In this document: one piece after another, positions 56,027 to 64,000 of the stretch | Layout of the letters: every line of letters begins with the position of its first letter | Position numbering within the stretch: the first letter of the stretch is position 1 | Origin: Basidiobolus meristosporus CBS 931.73 | Taxonomy: Eukaryota; Fungi; Basidiobolomycota | Length of the DNA: 64,000 nucleotides | Direction: 5' to 3' | Assembly (NCBI GenBank): GCA_002104905.1 | Contig: MCFE01000068.1 | Coordinates: 123,938-187,937, forward strand | Translations under genes and position numbers: made by a program | Notes under the pieces: generated by a model | What the model was told of the DNA's origin: nothing | The model's input: only the letters and a program-made list of their open reading frames with translations | Databases searched by the model: none

Positions 56027-59000
56027 GGGAGGGAAAGTCACCAAGTTGGTGAAATCTTTATTTGAGTTAAGAACTAATCTAAGTACAAATAAAGAAGCCA
56101 ATTCAGAGGTCTAGAACCTCTCTAATAAGTAATCTAATTTATGTTTTGTTTCATCTCTAATGTTTGTTTCAATAAAGTAAAGCTCATCAGGGGTAAATAT
56201 AAAATTCAGGGGTTTTGGGGGGAGTACAAATTGTAGATGTTTCTGATCAATATAATCCAAGACTGGAACCCAGCCTGGGATTAGGTGCAGTAGTAAAGGT
56301 GTATGGACTTGTTAGTAGCTCTGCCACATAGATCTTAGATGGTCCTGAGCCAGTAGTCTTGGTTTCTCAGCTTTTTGAAGTTTTGAAGCAAGCTCTGTTA
56401 CTACAGCAGAGCCAACCAGGGTGTGCCAGCAAGAAGATTTCAGGGAGGAGTCAGATTGAAGCCATTGTTGGATGGAGGGGTTATGTGATTTCTGAAGTTT
56501 GACTAGGAAGGAAGCACAGAGATAGATCATTCGGATTTGGTATGGGTAGAACCCAAAGGCTCCATTAGTTGCATGGATATAGGGAGATACTGGAAGATAA
56601 GGTACCAAGGATCTGATACACTGATGGAGAAATTTATCCAGGCGGTGAAGTTCTCTGGAGGTTAGGGGTATAATGTGGAGACCAAATTCAAGTACTGGCA
56701 GCACATACTGCTTCAGAAGTATAGGGATCTTTTGAATTGGAGTGTCTGGAGTGACTACTACCAGAAGCTTTTTGAGAGCCTATTGGGCAAGACAGATCCT
56801 ATTATTCAGGTGGAGCTTGGAGTTAATCCCATGTTGACAAAACGGCAGACCTAGATATATTGCAGTTTGTTGTGGCAGAATGCTAGTGTTCTGTATAGTT
56901 GTAGTGCATCCTATTGGGACTGTCTTGGAAATTGAGAGTGAGAGGTTGTTGGCAGCCAAGTACTTCTCAATGATGGCAGTGTCTGCTATGGGATTAGGAG
57001 TAGCAATCTTGATATCATCCGCATAGAGAGTTAGTAGTGGATAGGGAGAATCTGGTGAGGGCCTTTTGGAAATAAAGGAAAGTCATGTAGGAATATCACA
57101 AATAATAAGGGACCTAGTACAGATCCTTGGACTACTCCATTTGGAACTTCATAAGTCTCTGATGTACAACTTGGATGCAAAATTTTGGCTGAGTTCTCAC
57201 AAAATAGAGAACGTACAAGAAGGGTCATTGGTAGTGTGGTAACTGCTAATAGCTTTCTCCAAAGCAGAGCTCTGTCCACAGAGTCAAAGGCTTTAGTAAT
57301 GTCAAACAGAATGGTTGGCAATGAGAATTGAAGTGAATGATCATGGCTTAGCACTACAGCCATATCCAAGGAGAGTTTGGGAAGAAGCCAAACTGAGAAG
57401 GATGGAATGGATATAGTTGAGATTGCAAGGATCTTGCTATTATAAGCTCAAAGATTTTCCGGCAGGTTGGTAGGAGTGAAACTGGCCGGTAAGAACCTGG
57501 GAGTGAGTGTTTCCCCTTCCCTTTGTATAAGGGTATTACATTTGCCTGTGACCAGGCCTTTGGGGTAGTCAATTGTTGGGCACAGATAGAGTAGAATGGG
57601 AGAAGTAAGTGACTCATTTTGGAGTAGCACACCCGGAGTAGATTGTAGGTAATCAAGTCATGTCCAGGTGCAGTATTTGCAGGAAGCTTCTTTAAAATTT
57701 TCTCCAGAAGCTTTGCTGAAACCAAAATTGGAGATGTTGTACTGCTAGATATGTCACCAGTATGGTAGAAAGGAGGAGTGGGATGCATGGTTGAATCAAA
57801 GAATATAGGGGCCAGTTTGTCTGGTGATGGTATACTCCTTGCTTGGGGTCTCATGGCTTTGTATACTCTTGATATGGACCTTGTGGTGGCATTCATATTT
57901 ACTAAGGGCAAGGTATCCATGATATGAGCCCATAATCTAGTATGCTCAGTGATCTGTAGTGACTTGGAGTAGGAGATTGCGCTTTCCAGGAGGTTCTGTG
58001 TTTTTGGGTTAGGGAAACATAGGTAGCTGGAATTTAAGGCAGAAATGATGGCTTTCCATTTAAGTTGGTTTGCAGATGGCTTTTGGTAGGACTTGGTGGG
58101 CAGGGCCAGACAGCCAGTGATTATGATGAAATGCTGGTAAAATAGCCATAATGCATTTACATCATCACAAATCCATGCAGGTAAGCTGGGAAATGCATAT
58201 TCTGTAAGCAAGGATAGGTAGTTGGCAAAGTCCTGTGTCTGTGATACTGAAGCTTTGGCTGGCAGGATTGTAAATGGCTGAAGAAGGGTGCCAATTGGTA
58301 GGGTTTTTCTGGCAGAAATGATAATATGTATTGGCTTGTGATCAGATTTCTCTAGTGAACCACAGCTGATATCCTCTGGAATGCTTGTAACCTGGTGGAT
58401 GTACTGTAAGGCAGCTGGAGTGGCTGTTACCCAGTCAACACAACGTTGAGCTTGCTGAGTGTTTACAGTGACCAGATGGTTTTGTCGGAGGAACTTTGTA
58501 AAGTGCTCCTCTTGGGTTCTAAGTCTGGATGAAATAGTGGTGATATTTTCAGGGTGGGGAATATTTATATCTCCCACTACCATACAAGGGATTGATGAGC
58601 TGTTAATGAATTCTGATGTGGCCAAGAAAATTGCCAGTGTTATGGAGTTAGACAGAGATGGAGGGAGATAGATAATAATGGCTACTATAGTTGGAAGTGT
58701 TAGAGCATAGCAGTAATACTCATAGATGATGGATACATTTGCTGAGGGTGCAAGCTTAGAAGATGAAAGAGCAACAAGTGCCATTGAGTGAGCTGGAAAT
58801 TTTGGGTGAGCAGATGAATATGCATTCAGTCTAGAGGGAAGTTTTGGCAACTTAACATCAATTAGTAGGAGCAAGTAATATTCCTTTTTCAGTAAGTTTT
58901 CTAATTCAGCTACAGTTGGAGTGATGGAGTTGCAATTGAGTAAGAGTATGTTCTGTAGTCAGGCAGACTCTGAGGTTGCCTGTTCCTGCTGAAACTCTTG

Positions 59001-59805
59001 CACTGCCCTTTGTAAATTTCCAGAATTATTCCACAACTCTTCAAATGGAGCTTGCGTAATGTCTTTCAGGATTCTAATTGCTTCCTCTTTCAAGAAGTAG
59101 GCCACATCATAGGTTGGAGCCTGTTTCTTAATGGCAGCAAAGAAAGCCATAATTGCCATGTGAGCTGGGGGCTTGTTGAATATTCCTGGCTCAGTGTCCA
59201 TTGACTCTGGTGGAATGATTGTGAATTTGGTAGGCACCCAGTTTAGATTTTTTGCCAGATACTTAGTCAATGCAGTGGAGAAGTTTCTGTCTACAATCAT
59301 TTCTAGGATCTTTCCTCTTCTCCAAGCTAGGTTAACAATTTTTGAAGTGTCAATATTTAGAGAGCGGAATGTATGTCTGATGTTTGATATAGTAGTCCAT
59401 GGAACATTGCAAAGTATAGCAAGGACCAATTCTGGAGCTGAGGTAAGTTTGCTGGAGGCTTATAGGTAGACTTCCTGGCAGGTTGTGTGGTAGGCTTTAG
59501 TGTTTCCAAGGTAGCAAGTTGTGGTTGAGACTTTTTGGAATTACGTATGACTTTGGAAAGAATTCTGCAGCACTGTGTCAGGAATGTTAGTACTTTGATG
59601 GTGCAGGCTGGCTCCTGGTACTGCTTTGTAGAATACTGAGTATGTCTCTTTTGTTTCCTTTATCCAAGTGCTATGCTGGAATGGATTTGGGAAAGACTCA
59701 GGTATCAATCTGTTGATTTCAAGTTCAGACAGTTTAGATTGTTGTAAGCATCCATGACTATATTATGACATCTGAAGATTGAAGTATGAAGTAGGTAATA
59801 TCTGG
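56024..59805 (-). mobile_element. Non-LTR retrotransposon family B (ORF1 + APE-RT ORF2), disabled
   Basis: APE motifs LNCNSI, YLPP, GDIN, CVDW and SDH. RT motifs YRPVSLL, FDITKAFDSV, GVVQGSVLGP and YADD. Frameshifts at ~57375, ~57060 and ~59420; in-frame TAG at ~56781 and TAA at 56312. Confidence 0.93.
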
Positions 59806-59811
59806 TTAGGG
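59804..59811 (+). repeat. Telomeric-type GGTTAGGG at the B/A2 junction
   Basis: ...ATATCT GGTTAGGG GGG AGACAG. Confidence 0.8.
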
Positions 59812-59868
59812 GGGAGACAGTCACCAACAGGTGAAATCTTTATTTCAGTTGAAACAAAGAAGCCAGCG

Positions 59869-62637
59869 CTACTGTTGTAGCTTTGATACAAGAGTGTGTA
59901 GCTGAGGGGAATTTGTAGGTAAGTTAATAAGAAGTGATGATAGTTCTTCAGTGCTCAAGACACTGTTCAGTGGGAAGGGGGGTAGCAAGAGAGGTAAGAA
60001 TGACTTGTGAACAACATTAATGAGGGGAATGTGATAAGGATTGATATTCATCATAAAGGGAGTGTGCTGCTGCAGATATTGCTGCCAAAGGTCTGTCAAG
60101 TACTTCAGGTAGGCCAGCTTGGGTTTTTCTGACTGCAGAATATAGTGAGCAAACTTCTTGACTTCAGGATCTCCAAGTATAGTTCTCCAGCAGGAGCCAG
60201 GTGTTGTGTGGTGTGTTCTCTTCCAGGCCTTAATCAGTGGGTTGTTGCAGTTGTGAAGTCTGAGGTATAATCTGGTTCTAAGGTAGAGAAGTCTGATCTT
60301 ATAGGGCATAAACCCAAAAGCACCAAGAATAGCATGTCTGTAGGGGCATTCAGGCAAATGAGGCACCAAGGAGGTAATGCACCATACTGCAAACTTGTCA
60401 AGCTTAGTGCAGTCTCTAGAAGTAAGAGAGAGAAGTGGTAAGCCAAATTCCAGGACAGGGAAGACAAACTGCTTGAGTAGAAGGAGGCAGCTGGGAGCTG
60501 AAGTTGTAGGAGGAGTAACAGCCAGTAGCTTGTGGAGTGCCTGTCTTGCCAGGATAATTCTCTTCTTCAGGTGTGCTCCAGAGTCTAGTCCAGTAGGAAG
60601 GAAAGGAAAGCCAAGATATGTAGCAGAAACCTGAGCAGGTAGAGTGGAGTTCTCCAAGTTGATGGGAGAGCCCAAAGGTACTGTCTTTGCAATGGAAAGC
60701 TGGAGATTATTCTTCTGCAGATACTGGTGGATGGTCTGGGAGTCTTGTTGCACATTGGAGGAGGATATTCTGATGTCATCAGCAAAGAGAGTAACCAGGC
60801 AGTCAGCTGAGAGTCTTGGGAAATCATTCAGGAAGATGGCAAACAGTATAGGACCAAGCACAGAGCCTTGAACCACTCCATTAGGAACTGAGAACACAGC
60901 TGATTGCTCACTTGGGTGCAGAATTCTTGCTTGTGGATCCAGAAACAGAGACCTGACAAGGAGGGTGAGAGAGGTACTGGAGAAGCATTGCAACTTGGAC
61001 CAAAGCAGATTTCTGTCAACTGAATCAAAGGCCTTAGTAATATCAAACAGAACAGAGGGATACTTGCACTGGAGAGAGTGATCTTGGCTAAGTATGACTG
61101 CATATTCCAAGGAGAGGCCAGGAACAAAGCCAAACTGTGCAGGATGAAACTTGAGAGAGTCAGAGTAGAGCTCCTGAGCAAGCAGAAGCTCAAACACCTT
61201 TCTGCAGGTGGGCAGCAGAGATATTGGCCTGTAGGAGCTAGGATCCAGGTGCTTTCCTTTACCCTTGTACAGTGGCAGAACATTTGCAAAGGACCATTCC
61301 TCAGGAGTAGAAAGCTGGGCTGAGCATTGCTGAAACAGTGGAAGCAGAAGTGCAGACATGGCCTTGGTACTAGTCTTCAGAAGCTCATAGGAGATTGTGT
61401 CCACACCTGGAGCAGTAGAGTTGGGAAGCCTCTTGAGCACATTATGGATTCTCCTTTGATCAAGTGCAAGTGGGATGGGCAGAGTCTTGAAGTCAGGATG
61501 AAAGCCAGGAGTTGAGTACTGCTTTGTAGAGAAGAAGATGTTAGCCAGCTGTTCTGTTGAAGGTAACTTCCTGGAAGAGGGCCTCATTGCCCTGTAGAGT
61601 CTTGATACTGTTCTTGTTATAGAGTTGGAAGATTGCAGAGGCAAAGAACTCATAATATGATCCCAGAGCTGAGTATGCAGAGTGTGGTGAATTGCCTTGG
61701 AGTGGTGTATTGCTGTCAGGAGGAGTTTCTCTGTTTTTGGGTTAGGGAAACTCAGGTAGCTTTGTTGCAGGGCTGAAACAATGGATTCCCATTTTCTTGA
61801 GGTAACAGCAGTAGTCTTGCATGGCAGTGAGAGGGAGGCAGACACCAGAATCAGATGCTTCACAAAGAGCCAGGCATAGTTGAGATCATCTGGCAGAGAA
61901 AGTAGCAAACTGGCAAGCTTCAAGTAGTTCCCAAAGTCTTTCTTCTGATTCTTGGTAGCTTTGTGGGTGAGCACAGTAAGTTTTGGCAGCTTCTTCTTCA
62001 CAACTGGTTGCATAGAAAGGGACCAGGCTGGGTGGTCAGAGGCTCTCAAGGATCCTAGCTCAGCTCCAGAGAATTGCTTAACTTCATTCACAAAGTAGAG
62101 GGCAGCAGCAGAAGGGCAGATCCAGTCAACACATCTTTTCTCAGATTGAGCACCTAGTGCTAGCAGATGGCTTTCTCTCAGGAAGTTCAGTAGGAATGTA
62201 GACCTTGGCTTCATTCTTGCAGTCAGAGTAGTCTTGTTCTCAGGATGGGGAATGTTGAGATCTCCAAGCAAGATAACAGGTGTTGATATAGATTGCTGGT
62301 ATTGCTGAACTTTCTGGCATATAACTTGCACTTCCTGAAGGGCAAGACTTGGAGGCAGATAGCAGAGCACCAGACTGATAGTTGGCAACTGGAGAGCAGC
62401 ACAGTAAGGGGAGTAAAGAGGAACACAGAGCTGAGGAGTATTGATGGTAGAAGAGATGAAGCAGATAGAGGAGGTATTCTTTGTTCTAGGAGTAGAAAAG
62501 CAATATAGATTAGTCAAAAGTATAGAGGGTAGCTGGACATCAATCAAACACAGGAGGGAAAATCTTGAAAGAAGTCTCTCTAGAGTTGGTCTTGATGGCT
62601 GTATGCTGTTGCAGTTAAGCAACAGAACTTCAGGTAG
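59869..62637 (-). CDS. ORF2 of A2: apurinic-like endonuclease + reverse transcriptase; no RNase H or CCHC finger seen
   Basis: LNCNSI / YLPP / GDLN / CVDW / SDH, then RT domains with FADD. The frame is open from the ORF1 stop; the first ATG lies after GDLN. Confidence 0.92.
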   Translation of the reverse strand, partial: LPEVLLLNCNSIQPSRPTLERLLSRFSLLCLIDVQLPSILLTNLYCFSTPRTKNTSSICFISSTINTPQLCVPLYSPYCAALQLPTISLVLCYLPPSLALQEVQVICQKVQQYQQSISTPVILLGDLNIPHPENKTTLTARMKPRSTFLLNFLRESHLLALGAQSEKRCVDWICPSAAALYFVNEVKQFSGAELGSLRASDHPAWSLSMQPVVKKKLPKLTVLTHKATKNQKKDFGNYLKLASLLLSLPDDLNYAWLFVKHLILVSASLSLPCKTTAVTSRKWESIVSALQQSYLSFPNPKTEKLLLTAIHHSKAIHHTLHTQLWDHIMSSLPLQSSNSITRTVSRLYRAMRPSSRKLPSTEQLANIFFSTKQYSTPGFHPDFKTLPIPLALDQRRIHNVLKRLPNSTAPGVDTISYELLKTSTKAMSALLLPLFQQCSAQLSTPEEWSFANVLPLYKGKGKHLDPSSYRPISLLPTCRKVFELLLAQELYSDSLKFHPAQFGFVPGLSLEYAVILSQDHSLQCKYPSVLFDITKAFDSVDRNLLWSKLQCFSSTSLTLLVRSLFLDPQARILHPSEQSAVFSVPNGVVQGSVLGPILFAIFLNDFPRLSADCLVTLFADDIRISSSNVQQDSQTIHQYLQKNNLQLSIAKTVPLGSPINLENSTLPAQVSATYLGFPFLPTGLDSGAHLKKRIILARQALHKLLAVTPPTTSAPSCLLLLKQFVFPVLEFGLPLLSLTSRDCTKLDKFAVWCITSLVPHLPECPYRHAILGAFGFMPYKIRLLYLRTRLYLRLHNCNNPLIKAWKRTHHTTPGSCWRTILGDPEVKKFAHYILQSEKPKLAYLKYLTDLWQQYLQQHTPFMMNINPYHIPLINVVHKSFLPLLLPPFPLNSVLSTEELSSLLINLPTNSPQLHTLVSKLQQ

Positions 62638-63180
62638 TCAGGCAGAGGTTGTAGCTTCTTCAGAGGCAGCATTGACAATGTGACCTGCAGAGTCCCAGAG
62701 CTCTTCAAATGGTGCATCACTTAAGTCAGCAAGGAGGGAAATGGCATGATTCTTGAGGAAGTATGCCACATCATAGGAGGGGGCTTGTCTCTTGATGGCA
62801 GCAAAGAAAGACAGAATGGCAACATGGGCTGGAGGCTTGTTGAACAGTAGAGAGTCAGAGGATTCAGATTCTTCAGGCACTATCTTGAAGTCAGTTTTCA
62901 GCCAGTTAAGGTTCTTCTCCACAAAGGCAACAAATGGGTCAGCAATGTTTTGGTCTAGGATAACCTCCAGAATCTTCCCTTTTCTCCAGGCCAGGTTGAC
63001 AATTCTTGAGAGCTGAATATTGCATGCCTTGAGTGCTTTCCTGATGTTGGAAATGGGAGTCCAGGGAACTTGCTTCAAGTACACCACAGTCCAGGTAGAA
63101 GCTGGTGGTAGGTTTGCTGGGGCTTGTAAGTCCTTCTGTGTTGCAATGGAGCTGCAGTAGTCAGATTGGAGTCCACATTC
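62638..63180 (-). CDS. ORF1 of A2 (partial, one -1 frameshift near 63120)
   Basis: TYKP(P)ANLP..W..VYL..VPWTPISNIRKAL..IVNLAWRKGKILEV is shared with family B ORF1 (58959-~59650). Confidence 0.8.
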   Translation of the reverse strand, partial: ECGLQSDYCSSIATQKDLQAPANLPPASTWTVVYLKQVPWTPISNIRKALKACNIQLSRIVNLAWRKGKILEVILDQNIADPFVAFVEKNLNWLKTDFKIVPEESESSDSLLFNKPPAHVAILSFFAAIKRQAPSYDVAYFLKNHAISLLADLSDAPFEELWDSAGHIVNAASEEATTSA

Positions 63181-63188
63181 TCAGTAGA

Positions 63189-64000
63189 GGGGGGGGGAGA
63201 CAGTCACCAACAGGTGAAATCTTTATTTCAGTTGAAACAAAGAAGCCAGCGCTACTGTTGTAGCTTTGATACAAGAGTGTGTAGCTGAGGGGAATTTGTA
63301 GGTAAGTTAATAAGAAGTGATGATAGTTCTTCAGTGCTCAAGACACTGTTCAGTGGGAAGGGGGGTAGCAAGAGAGGTAAGAATGACTTGTGAACAACAT
63401 TAATGAGGGGAATGTGATAAGGATTGATATTCATCATAAAGGGAGTGTGCTGCTGCAGATATTGCTGCCAAAGGTCTGTCAAGTACTTCAGGTAGGCCAG
63501 CTTGGGTTTTTCTGACTGCAGAATAAATTCAGCAAACTTCTTGACTTCAGGATCTCCAAGTATAGTTCTCCAGCAGGAGCCAGGTGTTGTGTGGTGTGTT
63601 CTCTTCCAGGCCTTAATCAGTGGGTTGTTGCAGTTGTGAAGTCTGAGATATAATCTGGTTCTAAGGTAGAGAAGTCTGATCTTATAGGGCATAAACCCAA
63701 AAGCACCAAGAATAGCATGTCTGTAGGGGCATTCAGGCAAATGAGGCACCAAGGAGGTAATGCACCATACTGCAAACTTGTCAAGCTTAGTGCAGTCTCT
63801 AGAAGTAAGAGAGAGAAGTGGTAAGCCAAATTCCAGTACAGGGAAGACAAACTGCTTGAGTAGAAGAAGGCAGCTGGGAGCTGAAGTTGTAGGAGGAGTA
63901 ACAGCCAGTAGCTTGTGGAGTGCCTGTCTTGCCAGGATAATTCTCTTCTTCAGGTGTGCTCCAGAGTCTAGTCCAGTAGGAAGGAAAGGAAAGCCAAGAT
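63189..64000 (-). mobile_element. Non-LTR retrotransposon family A, copy A3 (3' end; runs off the window)
   Basis: Near-identical to 59809-60620. The ORF2 frame is open from 63252 to the window end. Confidence 0.95.

Larger units (their letters stand above)
59809..63188 (-). mobile_element. Non-LTR retrotransposon family A, copy A2 (intact ORF2, 5'-truncated ORF1)
   Basis: 917-aa open APE+RT frame, upstream ORF1 homologous to ORF1 of family B, and a ~55-nt 3' UTR ending in oligo-C. Confidence 0.96.

Noticed and set aside
57354-63125. Single-base ORF shifts (57375, 59420, 63120) as programmed frameshifts
   Set aside because: They lie in short homopolymers at different positions in A and B, so decay or sequencing error is more likely.
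54617-63850. Recurrent 60-153 aa alternative-frame and antisense ORFs in the A copies
   Set aside because: They recur only because the copies are near-identical. They reflect composition bias, and I did not see them conserved in family B.

Overview
Intron-rich, gene-dense eukaryotic DNA. Gene content suggests an early-diverging fungus (Zoopagomycota/Mucoromycota-like; inference only). Left end (1-1935): CpG-free remains of Ty1/copia elements. Positions 2.9-52.6 kb hold 21 protein-coding genes, most with several short introns: Cid1/Cid13-type nucleotidyltransferase, SART3/Prp24, two GATA factors, a PY-motif membrane protein, kinesin-14, ceramide synthase, katanin p60, Atg29, an ALMT/FUSC-like transporter, Snapin, MCM4, two tandem Cdc25-like RasGEFs, DCAF7, NOP53, minor-spliceosome SNRNP35, EMC5, two membrane proteins and a Pcl cyclin. 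From ~54.06 kb to the window end there is an uninterrupted head-to-tail array of APE+RT non-LTR retrotransposons (two families plus a relic). All are on the minus strand, with 3' ends facing the genes. The elements end in oligo-C rather than poly(A), and three junctions carry TTAGGG in chromosome-end orientation. In both families ORF1 and ORF2 are in one frame, separated by a single UGA in a conserved UGA-CUA-C context. Best candidate system: telomere-extending LINE-like elements that express ORF2 by stop-codon readthrough. Gene models were spliced by eye, so some start coordinates are approximate.
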